A stretch of DNA of 64,000 bases from Nitrosopumilus sp. (GCA_029862085.1 JAOTXZ010000005.1:3751-67750); one strand, 5' to 3'. Counted from the first letter of the stretch, positions 20,407 through 29,911 are shown. Numbers and translations: made by a program. Notes: generated from the sequence alone by a model not told the origin.

Positions 20407-22584
20407 ATGTATAGTGTAAGAAAAACGATACCCATAATTTTTGGAATTTTGATTCTGACTAGTTTATCAGGATTTCAGTTTGCACCAGTAATTGTTCAAA
20501 CAGCAGAGGCAGAACCATCTAAAAGGATTGTAGGATACTTTCCACATTGGGAATCTGGAGACTTGGATTCAATAGATTATTTGCAAGTAACTGATATTAT
20601 CTATTTTCACATATGGCCAAATACAGATGGAACCCTTGATACAAGTGCAGTTAACCTAACCGACCTTCAGACCATTAGGAATAACATACATGCCGTAGGA
20701 GGAAACGTGTTGATTGCAGTTGGGGGTTGGGGAGTATCTGATGGATTTCCTGCCATGGTAGCTGATCCTATCGCTAGAGCAAATTTTGTCTCAAATATTT
20801 CAAATTATATTTCTACAAATAATCTAGATGGAGTTGACATTGATTGGGAAACACAAATTGATTCGACCAAAATAGACAATCAAGATATTTTGTTATCAGA
20901 CCTAGCAGAAACATTACATCCTTTGGGAAAATTGGTTACCGTTGCTGCAAACGCTGAAGTAATTGAGCTAAAGGGATCTGCAGATAATTCTGTGAATTGG
21001 GTAAACTTGATGGCATATGATATGAATTGGGGTAACGCTGAGCATTCTACATTTGCCGATTCAATAGAGGCTCTTCAGAGATATGAAAATGAAGGAATAT
21101 CAAAAGAGAAACTTTCTCTGGGAATTCCATTTTATGGAAGAGACGATAACACCAATGCGATAAAGTATCAAGATGTGATTTCATCCTGCAACCCTTTACC
21201 ATCAGAAAATTATTGTAACGGATATTTTTTCAATGGAATTGATTTGGTCCAACAAAAAACTCAGTATGTTGTAGATAATGGCTATGATGGAATTATGATT
21301 TGGAATCTTGGTCAGGATACTTACGATTCCACTTCACTTCTTAACGCAATAAACGATGTATTAGATACACCTCCAGTTTCCCAAGTTATTGCAGTAAACG
21401 ATTCTTATTCGACAGATGAAAACATTACTCTAAACGTTGTAGCCAATGGAATACTTGGAAATGATTTAGATTCAGAGGGAGATCCAATAACTGCAATACT
21501 TGAGAACACTGTTGTTAATGGGTCTCTGACACTTTACCCTGATGGCAGTTTCACATATACTCCTAATACAGACTTTAACGGAGTAGACTCTTTTACTTAT
21601 CATGCTACTGATGGAACAATAAACAGCAATACTGCTACAGTTACAATTACAGTTAATCCAATAATTGATGTTTATGTTGAGGAATTTGTTGTTAATACCA
21701 GTGGAAACAAACGCTGGACTGGATATGTAACCACTGTAGTTTACAGTGGTGGGTCTCCAGTTGAAGATGCCAATGTATTAGGATCTTGGTCTGGTGGTGC
21801 AAGTGGAACTGCTAGTTGCACTACAAATGTAAATGGACAATGTCAAGTGCTAAAGGCTACTAAAAATGATATTCTAACATTTACCGTTGATGACATTACT
21901 GGAAACGAAATAGGTTATGCCCCAATTGTATCTGATTCAATTACTTTTGATAAAAATGGAAATACTCCTGGGGCAAATTCACCACCTGAGGCTGGTAATG
22001 ATTCTGCAAATGTTCTGAAAGGATCCTCAGTAACCATAAATGTTGTATCCAATGACAGCGATGATGGAATATTAGATTTATCGACAATTTCAATTACCCA
22101 AGTTCCATCTAATGATATTTCATTAGTTGATAATGGTGATGGAACTCTTACATATACACATGATGGTACAGATTCTGTTTCTGACTCTTTCAAGTATACC
22201 ATAAACGATAATGAAGGTGCAACAAGTAACGAAGCTACCGTATCAATTTCCATTAATGAGCCCCCTCAAGACACTCTAGTTCATTTAAGCGACATTGAAG
22301 GAGCTTTAACTACCAAGGGCCCCTGGAATACATTTACTATAACAATTAAAGTTCATAATGCCACTCATTCAGCGCAAAGTGAAGTGATAGTGTCTGGAGC
22401 ATGGTTGGGAATTTCCGGTACCAATAGTTGCACTACCGATTCATATGGATCTTGCTCTGTATCTGCTCGTGACAAAAATATCGGAGATGTATCCTTTATA
22501 GTAACAGGCATGTCAGGGTCAGGTGTAGAATATAATTCTGCAAGTAATGACGTCGATCCTGAAATTTTAGTAACAGCACCTTAG
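20407..22584 (+). CDS. secreted GH18 chitinase-like glycoside hydrolase with Ig/cadherin-like repeats
   Basis: Likely start ATG 20407 followed by a signal peptide; IAVGGW, LDGVDIDWE (DxxDxDxE), NLMAYD, LGIPFYGR, GIMIW; two Big_9/cadherin-like repeats. Confidence 0.88.
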   Translation: MYSVRKTIPIIFGILILTSLSGFQFAPVIVQTAEAEPSKRIVGYFPHWESGDLDSIDYLQVTDIIYFHIWPNTDGTLDTSAVNLTDLQTIRNNIHAVGGNVLIAVGGWGVSDGFPAMVADPIARANFVSNISNYISTNNLDGVDIDWETQIDSTKIDNQDILLSDLAETLHPLGKLVTVAANAEVIELKGSADNSVNWVNLMAYDMNWGNAEHSTFADSIEALQRYENEGISKEKLSLGIPFYGRDDNTNAIKYQDVISSCNPLPSENYCNGYFFNGIDLVQQKTQYVVDNGYDGIMIWNLGQDTYDSTSLLNAINDVLDTPPVSQVIAVNDSYSTDENITLNVVANGILGNDLDSEGDPITAILENTVVNGSLTLYPDGSFTYTPNTDFNGVDSFTYHATDGTINSNTATVTITVNPIIDVYVEEFVVNTSGNKRWTGYVTTVVYSGGSPVEDANVLGSWSGGASGTASCTTNVNGQCQVLKATKNDILTFTVDDITGNEIGYAPIVSDSITFDKNGNTPGANSPPEAGNDSANVLKGSSVTINVVSNDSDDGILDLSTISITQVPSNDISLVDNGDGTLTYTHDGTDSVSDSFKYTINDNEGATSNEATVSISINEPPQDTLVHLSDIEGALTTKGPWNTFTITIKVHNATHSAQSEVIVSGAWLGISGTNSCTTDSYGSCSVSARDKNIGDVSFIVTGMSGSGVEYNSASNDVDPEILVTAP

Positions 22585-22689
22585 GAAAATCGAACATCTC
22601 GAATAAATGATAATTGACATTTTTTCTTGCTGATAAATCGACCATCGATTTTAAATAGAAATTTTACAAGAACCATCTACCTAGCACAA

Positions 22690-22728
22690 CATGGTATTGG
22701 ATTTGTAGGAAATACATCCAATACCATG
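22690..22728. other. 13-bp perfect inverted repeat / hairpin
   Basis: CATGGTATTGGAT-n13-ATCCAATACCATG. Confidence 0.7.
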
Positions 22729-22983
22729 ATTTTATCTTAATTTAATTAACAAACACGATCGCACTGATAATTTCTACGTGCTCTTTATATGTATCAAATA
22801 AGACAAAAATTAAGGAATCAAGCCCTCTGACTATTGCCCGATATTAGATTAGGTTTGATCTCCTTTTTCTATTATCAAGACAGTATTTTTTGAATACTTG
22901 CTAGATTGAAAATTTTTGAACCCATTTGGTAAAAAACAATTATACCAAAAATTCTTATCGTAAAATAATTGTAAAATTTTTAC

Positions 22984-23067
22984 ATGGAACAAGAGAGCCA
23001 AAATAACGAAGAAGAAGAACGACCTGAATGGGCATGGCTAATGAAAAGAATGACTAAAGAAACATAA
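22984..23067 (+). CDS. possible 27-aa micro-protein
   Basis: MEQESQNNEEEERPEWAWLMKRMTKET; fills the gap before the convergent PRC gene. Confidence 0.3.
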   Translation: MEQESQNNEEEERPEWAWLMKRMTKET

Positions 23068-23073
23068 AAAAAA

Positions 23074-23523
23074 TTATTCTAATTTCTTAAACTGATCTTT
23101 TGTAATTCCAAGTATTACCTTTTCTCCTACTCCCCAGATTTCTGACTTTGAAAGGATCTTAGAATGTCTAAGGCCATCGGCGATCTCAATGGATTCTAAC
23201 TCATTGGTATCAGGTTTGCGGTGAAGACGTTTTATCTTACCAATTTTCCGTCTATCCGTGTCAATTACCTGGCTACCTATCCTTATTGGAGGCCTGCTCA
23301 AAAGTAATGTTTTTTCAGTAAACTTGTCGATATAGTCCTCTGAAAGAAAGTAATCCTTACGAAATCCCTGGTGGATTGTAACTCCACACACACTGAGGGT
23401 GTTTTGATTGATTTGTATATGTTTGACTTTTCCATACTCTATTCCTTCCCTATCAATGACTTTTTTTCCTGTAAAGTCATCGGCTGCGACCATATGGGTC
23501 GGAGATTCTAATTTTACTGACAT
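23074..23523 (-). CDS. tandem PRC-barrel domain protein
   Basis: GKKVIDREGIEYGKV and GSQVIDTDRRKIGKI repeats. Confidence 0.85.
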   Translation of the reverse strand: MSVKLESPTHMVAADDFTGKKVIDREGIEYGKVKHIQINQNTLSVCGVTIHQGFRKDYFLSEDYIDKFTEKTLLLSRPPIRIGSQVIDTDRRKIGKIKRLHRKPDTNELESIEIADGLRHSKILSKSEIWGVGEKVILGITKDQFKKLE

Positions 23524-23610
23524 GTCTTAAGGTTTTGAGATTTGTTTATCACACCAGATATCAGAATTTTCTATCAATGAGGTTAAATTACTTGACAGAA
23601 TTACTCGAGC

Positions 23611-23937
23611 ATGTCTATCAACGAGAATGTATTTCGAGCCACCCTAATAACAAAAGGTCGAGTTTCAGAGCAACCTCATTCGGTAATCCTTCGTGGTGTG
23701 AAATATCAGAATAAAATTTACTTTTCAAGACATAGATCTGATTCAGATTGGTTCAAAAATGCGATAAAAAATCACGAAGTGATAATAAAATATCAAGAAT
23801 TTTCGTTTACGGGTATTGCAAAAAAGGTAAAAGATGAGAAACTAAATCAAAAAATATCTCAGTTGAAATATCCTGGCGAAAAAAGGGCAAATGAAAAAAG
23901 AGTTGCAATAGAGATTATACTATATGAACAATCGTAG
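23611..23937 (+). CDS. deazaflavin (F420)-dependent split-barrel oxidoreductase-like protein
   Basis: LITKGRVS...SDWFKNA pattern of the DDN/nitroreductase family. Confidence 0.6.
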   Translation: MSINENVFRATLITKGRVSEQPHSVILRGVKYQNKIYFSRHRSDSDWFKNAIKNHEVIIKYQEFSFTGIAKKVKDEKLNQKISQLKYPGEKRANEKRVAIEIILYEQS

Positions 23938-24580
23938 TTAATCCTCTTCGGTCAATCTCAACGTCATTTTCAATTTCACTTACAGTTACTGTAAAGGAGA
24001 TGACATCTCGTTGTTTGGCATTTTCTGCATGAAGTTTCAGATTTATATCCATTAATTCAAATTCCTGACCAGGTAAATCCATCTCATCCAAATATGCCTC
24101 ACAGGTAGATTCTATTCGAAATCTATCATTTTTAAAGTGAAATCCAAGTTTGGTATTTCTTCCCTTTCGGCCAGATGCCTTTACATTGACATCAATAATT
24201 CCAGGTTTTGCCTTTGTGTAACTTGATGTTCCATTTACAAAAACACCAATTTGAAATGGTTTTCCCGCAGTTGATTCGGCCATTTTTTGAATTCCATCAT
24301 TCATTACCACATCTATTGCCTTTATTGTCTGGGGGACTTTTGCAATCCATTCGTTTGTTCTTTTTATCGTGGTGTTGATTCCTGCACGTCTCCTCTTGTC
24401 TTCATCTTCAGGAAGTTGGTAATAGTCTACCCAGGCAAAATAATCATTAGCAATATCTTTTATAAAATCAATACAAGTAACTTTGTAATCATTTACGTTG
24501 GTAGTTCGGAGAGAGGCATCATCAGTTCTCATTCCATCATAATCCATGGGTAAGGCCAATATTGACTCTAAATCAACCAT
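23915..24580 (-). CDS. hypothetical protein
   Basis: 221-aa ORF with ordinary coding composition; no motif recognised. Confidence 0.7.
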   Translation of the reverse strand: MVDLESILALPMDYDGMRTDDASLRTTNVNDYKVTCIDFIKDIANDYFAWVDYYQLPEDEDKRRRAGINTTIKRTNEWIAKVPQTIKAIDVVMNDGIQKMAESTAGKPFQIGVFVNGTSSYTKAKPGIIDVNVKASGRKGRNTKLGFHFKNDRFRIESTCEAYLDEMDLPGQEFELMDINLKLHAENAKQRDVISFTVTVSEIENDVEIDRRGLTTIVHIV

Positions 24581-24640
24581 CTAAAAAAACCAATCCTGTG
24601 AAAGATTAATGAATATAACAGGATATGAATTGGGAAAATT

Positions 24641-25123
24641 ATGATATTTTCAGATATAGTGTTAGATCTCCAGCAACAATTGAAAAAGGATTTAGCACAA
24701 ATTCGTTTTTTGATAAAGAAAAATCCAGCCATAGGGTATTCCAGAATGGTCAAAATTGGAAAGGAAGTAGGTAATAAATACAATATTAATTTGGTCGTTA
24801 ATTTTCCAAAGGAGGGAAGAATAGAAGAGCATGAAATGTATGGAAAACGAGATCTCAGTCTAATAATAGACCATGAAAAGAAAAAATTTCCAATTGATAG
24901 AAATATAATTAAAGAAAAGGCAAAGGAGATTTTAGAAGATATTCAAATTGAAGATGCCTACATGTATGAGGATAAGGAAGGAGTAAGAGTATTTACAAAG
25001 GATTGGAAAATAGACATCCTTCCGCATTCTGTTCACATTTGGACCGAATTTGATGAAAAGGTCACAAAATTTTGTGATTGGTTACTTGAAAATGTCTATG
25101 AAATGAAAAGTAAGGAGAATTAA
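24641..25123 (+). CDS. hypothetical protein
   Basis: 160-aa ORF divergent from 24580. Confidence 0.7.
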   Translation: MIFSDIVLDLQQQLKKDLAQIRFLIKKNPAIGYSRMVKIGKEVGNKYNINLVVNFPKEGRIEEHEMYGKRDLSLIIDHEKKKFPIDRNIIKEKAKEILEDIQIEDAYMYEDKEGVRVFTKDWKIDILPHSVHIWTEFDEKVTKFCDWLLENVYEMKSKEN

Positions 25124-25129
25124 TTGAAA

Positions 25130-25498
25130 TTAGATATTTTTTAGTTTTTCTAACAGTCCGTGAGCTTCATAATTATCTGGCTCTATCTGAATAATCCTTT
25201 TACAGCATTCTATTGCTTCATCTTTTTGTTCTAGGAATAAATGGGCATTTGTTTTGATTATCAAGGTTTCAACATCATCATTTTTTAAGGCTAAAGATTT
25301 TTCAAAAAGTGGAAGTGCCTTTTTTGCATCATCCAGAATAAAGTAAATACCACCAACAATAAACCAAAAATTATGATCATTTTCATATTTTGATTCTATA
25401 CTTTTTGCATATTCAATTGCCTCCATGTATTCTCCTTTATTGATTAATTTTTGAAGATGACGTTTTGGATAAATAACAAAGCCAACCATTTGGATCAA
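25130..25498 (-). CDS. TPR-repeat protein
   Basis: Helical repeats with A..(Y/C/F)...L...P spacing. Confidence 0.8.
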   Translation of the reverse strand: MIQMVGFVIYPKRHLQKLINKGEYMEAIEYAKSIESKYENDHNFWFIVGGIYFILDDAKKALPLFEKSLALKNDDVETLIIKTNAHLFLEQKDEAIECCKRIIQIEPDNYEAHGLLEKLKNI

Positions 25499-25560
25499 CT
25501 ATTCTTCAAAAACACCCAATTTAATTAATTTGAATTTGTATGAAAAGAAATATTTTCAGA

Positions 25561-27015
25561 TTAGGAAGTAATTTTCATTATTCCTTCTTTTATTAGAAAT
25601 TGAATTCCTTGAACAAAAGAGTTATCATCAATGTCTCCATTTGCCCACCAACCTGCATTATTCTTTATCCATTCAGGAATTTCATTTCCGCCAGAACTAG
25701 GTCCTTGAGTTGTGGGAGGAATCTTCATTATTCCTTCTTTTATTAGAAATTGAATTCCTTGAACAAAGGAGTTATCATCAATATCTCCATTTGCCCACCA
25801 ACCTGCATTATTCTTTATCCATTCAGGAATTTCAGCGGGAGGGGGATCTGTGCTTCCTTTACCTGGGAAAATAGGGACTTCAAATTCCAAGTAATCACTT
25901 GTAGAGGATGGAACAATTCCTTCTGGCGCTAAACCATAAACCAAAACTGCATAACGAGCAGTTCCTGGTTCTTCTTGCACAATAATGTCAATGAGGGATT
26001 GGCCACCAGGTGAAAAGAGAAAAGATCTTCCTTCCTCTTGGGCAATTGATCTTATGGGTGTACCGTTTTCATCAACTGCCAAAAAATCATATTGAACTTG
26101 ATTTAAAAATTCTGTATCATCAAATTTGCTTATGAATTTTATTAGAAATTGTATTTCACATCCTTGAACAGGATCTTCAGGTCCATAGAACAGATGGATT
26201 TGATATTGAAAATTATTGGTCGGTTTTTTTATCGATGTTGATTTTTCAAAATTTGTTTGGCAACCAAGAGATTCGAATATTTGCTCAGTTTCAATAACGT
26301 CTTTGAAAGGATCTTCCTGTACATTTTCTTCATATTTTAGCAGCCTGAAATTGTATTCTGGTGGAGGGATGCCTTCAGACACATGAGTAAGTGTTGCAGC
26401 TTTTATGGGAAATGGAAAGTCATCTACAACCCAAACATGGCTAGTATAACCACCTGTTTTCCAAGAAATCCTAACAGTTTCAAAAGTCCCTGCAGGGACG
26501 GTTACTTCTTCAATAAGAGTTGGACGAACTTGTTCTCCACCAATGTTTCCAATTTTTCCCCAAGAGCTAGCCGAAAATGCTTTTGGTGTTTTTCCGCCAT
26601 CTTCATAGCCTGTGGCAAATGCAGAAAGCCAAACAATTGATGATTTGAACGCACCTCTGTATAACCCTAAATCTTCACTTCCACCTGTTGGTTCTGGAGC
26701 TAGTTTACCTAACTCCATTTCTCCTTTGATTATTTTATTTCCATCATAAACAACAACTTCTGCAAGCCATTTGTCTTCACTTCCAACTTGCTTGCTTCCT
26801 TTAATCCAAATATCCATTTCAAATTCTACACATTCCTTGTAATCAATATGGCACATCGAATAGGAAAATAGATCTCCCTGTTTGAGTCCTTCACCCGCAA
26901 ACCATATGCCATCATGATCTACACCACCTGATTCAAATTGTGCAAAAGCAGATGGAGCGAAAAATGACCCTATTGCTAAACTCAAAATAATTGGTAAAAC
27001 TACAGATATCTTCAA
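25561..27015 (-). CDS. secreted thaumarchaeal protein with duplicated C-terminal IPxWIKNNAxWW domain
   Basis: Signal peptide (SAFAQ); two identical EIPEWIKNNAGWWANGDIDDNSFVQGIQFLIKEGIMKI units. Confidence 0.85.
   Translation of the reverse strand: MKISVVLPIILSLAIGSFFAPSAFAQFESGGVDHDGIWFAGEGLKQGDLFSYSMCHIDYKECVEFEMDIWIKGSKQVGSEDKWLAEVVVYDGNKIIKGEMELGKLAPEPTGGSEDLGLYRGAFKSSIVWLSAFATGYEDGGKTPKAFSASSWGKIGNIGGEQVRPTLIEEVTVPAGTFETVRISWKTGGYTSHVWVVDDFPFPIKAATLTHVSEGIPPPEYNFRLLKYEENVQEDPFKDVIETEQIFESLGCQTNFEKSTSIKKPTNNFQYQIHLFYGPEDPVQGCEIQFLIKFISKFDDTEFLNQVQYDFLAVDENGTPIRSIAQEEGRSFLFSPGGQSLIDIIVQEEPGTARYAVLVYGLAPEGIVPSSTSDYLEFEVPIFPGKGSTDPPPAEIPEWIKNNAGWWANGDIDDNSFVQGIQFLIKEGIMKIPPTTQGPSSGGNEIPEWIKNNAGWWANGDIDDNSFVQGIQFLIKEGIMKITS
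25574..25834. repeat. intragenic 111-bp direct repeat, 150-bp period
   Basis: 25574-25684 and 25724-25834 differ at 2 positions by eye. Confidence 0.9.
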
Positions 27016-27097
27016 CTTAGAGACAAATTCATGTCTCAGATAGTTAAAGTTTATTCAAATAAGCAAATATAGAGGAACCTTCACTAAAACTTCAGAA

Positions 27098-27262
27098 ATG
27101 TGTGAATGCTCAAAAGTTCATCTGTTTGAGGTGGAGTTTAAGCTAGACGGAATGGCAGTCGTTCCCACACACAAAAATTGTGGTTTTGCCTTGGGAGAGA
27201 AACAAGCCGATAAATTTCAGCAAGAACTTGTAAAATCTTGGGGTCTTCAGGAAGAAGAGTAG
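27098..27262 (+). CDS. 54-aa small protein with Cys/His motif (not in ORF track)
   Basis: MCECSKVHLFEVEFKLDGMAVVPTHKNCGFALGEKQADKFQQELVKSWGLQEEE. Confidence 0.65.
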   Translation: MCECSKVHLFEVEFKLDGMAVVPTHKNCGFALGEKQADKFQQELVKSWGLQEEE

Positions 27263-27299
27263 GCTAAAAATAAAAAATAAAATTGAAAGATACTGCTGA

Positions 27300-27443
27300 T
27301 CACATTTGTCCAACAGCTTCTTTACAAACGTCAGTAGAACATTTGCAATCTGCGCTACATATGCAATGACCCTGCATTGCACAATCACATGAATAATCAG
27401 GATCGCCGCTTTCTGCTTCGCATCCACATGCTTGATCTGTCAT
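27300..27443 (-). CDS. 47-aa metallothionein-like Cys-rich peptide (not in ORF track)
   Basis: MTDQACGCEAESGDPDYSCDCAMQGHCICSADCKCSTDVCKEAVGQM; 9 Cys, four CxC motifs; TTTTAAAA about 25 nt upstream on the minus strand. Confidence 0.7.
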   Translation of the reverse strand: MTDQACGCEAESGDPDYSCDCAMQGHCICSADCKCSTDVCKEAVGQM

Positions 27444-27494
27444 AACTAGACAGAGAAGTCACTCATTTTAAAACTTTAGTCCACGCCCAAAGAA

Positions 27495-28379
27495 TTAACC
27501 CCTTGAGACGGTTTCTAAAATTTCATGGGCTGATTTTTGAACCTGGTTGGCATGTAGTTCCAGAAGATTAGTATCAGCCTGGACATCAAAGGATATCTTC
27601 AAAATATGGAAAAGATCAGGTTGTTTTTCAATTGAATTTTTAATTTTTACAAAATTTTCCTTGTTGATATATCCCAAGTAGAAGTAACAGTCTGACAACA
27701 TGGAATTTTTAACAAAATAGTCGTGCTTTTGTTGAATTACCAAAGAGTGATTATTTTTCTCTACTAAATCAGAAAAGCCTATTGTTGATTTTAACATCCT
27801 TTCAAGTAAAGAAGGTGTGGAGCGTTCAATACCAACGGTTTCATTTACAGTTGAAATTTTTTCATTGATTGGAGTTTTTTCCAATTTTCTTAAAGCATCA
27901 AGCATGTGAGTGGGACTTGGTTTGTATTGATTCAAAGCCAAAATTCCTTCGGACAAAAAATAAGATGCACATTTTTGCCAACATGATGCAAAAATATTTT
28001 CTTCTTTAATTCCGCTTTTTGTTTTCTCACAACAAAAAAGAGATTCGATTAGTGAATTTTTTGCAAAGTCTTTATAGAGATTCAATCTTTTTTCTTTAAT
28101 TTTTGAGAGAAACATTCGGAGCTCCCAAGATTCATCATGAATAATTTTCAAGTTATCATATTGAATTAGTTTCTTTGATGAAGTTTCAGAGAATGAACCA
28201 TGATGAGCTCTTACAATATTATTTTGAAATTGAAAAATCTCATCGGTTTGAGATGTGTCATCAAAAACAGTAAAATCATAATCACAGGAATCAAAAAAAT
28301 AATCGTCAGTTCTGCATCCACTCAAACCAACTGGATGATCAGACCATGATTTGTCTTTGATTAAATCCTCATAGTTCAT
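27495..28379 (-). CDS. hypothetical protein, possible pol-beta-type nucleotidyltransferase fold at N-terminus
   Basis: GLSGCR...CDYDF resembles G-S-x-DxD; helical C-terminal half. Confidence 0.55.
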   Translation of the reverse strand: MNYEDLIKDKSWSDHPVGLSGCRTDDYFFDSCDYDFTVFDDTSQTDEIFQFQNNIVRAHHGSFSETSSKKLIQYDNLKIIHDESWELRMFLSKIKEKRLNLYKDFAKNSLIESLFCCEKTKSGIKEENIFASCWQKCASYFLSEGILALNQYKPSPTHMLDALRKLEKTPINEKISTVNETVGIERSTPSLLERMLKSTIGFSDLVEKNNHSLVIQQKHDYFVKNSMLSDCYFYLGYINKENFVKIKNSIEKQPDLFHILKISFDVQADTNLLELHANQVQKSAHEILETVSRG

Positions 28380-28490
28380 GGTATTTGTTCAATCTAAATT
28401 TTGTATAAGGTATAAAATTCGATAATTTTTACCAAAGAATTCAATGTGAAAGCATTTCCTTTAAATTATGATATGTCCGGATTTCTTCAA

Positions 28491-28565
28491 GCTCCTATAG
28501 TGTAGTCCGGTTAAGCATTTTGGCTTCTCAAGCCAAAGACTCGGGTTCAAATCCCGATGGGAGCA
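28491..28565 (+). tRNA. tRNA-Glu (CTC)
   Basis: GCTCCTA/TGGGAGC acceptor stem; TTGGC-TT-CTC-AA-GCCAA anticodon arm; GGTTCAAATCC T-arm; no intron. Confidence 0.95.
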
Positions 28566-28705
28566 TAACATTTTTGGGGTATAGACAAGGATGCCTCATT
28601 TGACTCATAATGAAAATTATAGCTGAAATTACGGTGAAAATTAATTTTCATCCCTGCAAATTAGAATCAGGGTTTTAATGGAAAGTAATGTAGAATATTC
28701 AATAA

Positions 28706-29911
28706 ATGGTATCAGAATTTGATGTGGTTCCCACAATCATAGGGGTTTTATTTTTGGTTTTACCTGCACTGCTTTTGGGGAGACTTTGTTCTCATTTTAA
28801 AATCCCTGAGATTATTGGATTTGTCTTTGCAGGAATCGTTCTAGGCCCAACTGCATTAGGAGGGGTAATTCCAATTTTCGATAGACCGATTGTTGAACTA
28901 AATGACGTAATGCTAGCTTTATGGCAAATTTCTGGAATAATCATTTTGTTCTCTGCAGGATTGCATTTTACATTTCATGATCTAATCAAGGCAGGGCCAA
29001 AGGCTGCAATAATTGGAGTGTTTGGGGTATTAGTCCCTCTTGTCACCGGATACTTTGTTGTACTTTGGATGGGTTTTGATTGGACTGTTGCCGTACTAAT
29101 TGGGGCCACACTTAGTGCAACAAGTATTGCAGTCTCTGTTGTGATTTTAGAAGAACTAGGAAAGGAGAAAACCAAGGAAGGAAACATTCTGGTAAATGCA
29201 GCAGTATTAGATGATGTTTTAGGTCTTGCAATTCTTTCTGCAGTAATCTCTCTCGTTGCATTAAACACGATTCCAACAATAGAATCAGTTGCAATAACTA
29301 CGATTACTGAGATAGGATTTTGGTTTTTGATATTGCTTGGTGCAGTATATCTTCTACCAAAAATTGTTCATGCGGTTGCAAAAACACACCCGTCTACATT
29401 GGAAGCCAGAGGCACAAGACAAGGTGTTGCCTTAGGTTCAGCATTTGGTTTAGCTGCCATTGCGGCTAGTGTTGGATTGAATCCTATCGTAGGTGCTTTT
29501 GCTGCAGGTATGGGTCTAGCTGGATCAAAACTAGCAGTACAGGTTCGAGAATTCATCGGAAGATTGCAAGTAATTGTTTCACCATTGTTTTTTGCAATAA
29601 TTGGTGCACATGTTGACATAACCCAAATATCATCAATTAATTGGGTTTTGTTTGCAGTAATTTTAGGTGTCGCAGTGTTTTCTAAAGTTCTTGGTTGTGG
29701 AATGCCAGCTATTCTTATGCTAAAAAGCAAGAAAAGCGGTCTTCGAATCGGATATGGAATGGTGGCAAGAGGAGAAGTGGCTTTTATTATTGCGGGAATT
29801 GGACTGGCTTTTGAAGTGCTTTCAGATGAGATTTATTCTACAGTTATCTTTGTAATTTTGGCAACGATATTCATTGCACCTATTTTACTTAGAAATTCAT
29901 TCAAATCATAA
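28706..29911 (+). CDS. CPA2-family cation:proton antiporter
   Basis: GIVLGP, SATSIAV, AAVLDDVLG, MVARGEVAF; about 12 TM segments. Confidence 0.92.
   Translation: MVSEFDVVPTIIGVLFLVLPALLLGRLCSHFKIPEIIGFVFAGIVLGPTALGGVIPIFDRPIVELNDVMLALWQISGIIILFSAGLHFTFHDLIKAGPKAAIIGVFGVLVPLVTGYFVVLWMGFDWTVAVLIGATLSATSIAVSVVILEELGKEKTKEGNILVNAAVLDDVLGLAILSAVISLVALNTIPTIESVAITTITEIGFWFLILLGAVYLLPKIVHAVAKTHPSTLEARGTRQGVALGSAFGLAAIAASVGLNPIVGAFAAGMGLAGSKLAVQVREFIGRLQVIVSPLFFAIIGAHVDITQISSINWVLFAVILGVAVFSKVLGCGMPAILMLKSKKSGLRIGYGMVARGEVAFIIAGIGLAFEVLSDEIYSTVIFVILATIFIAPILLRNSFKS

Noticed and set aside
27143..27427. 94-aa minus-strand ORF from the track
   Set aside because: Off-frame shadow overlapping two more convincing small genes (27098-27262 + and 27300-27443 -)
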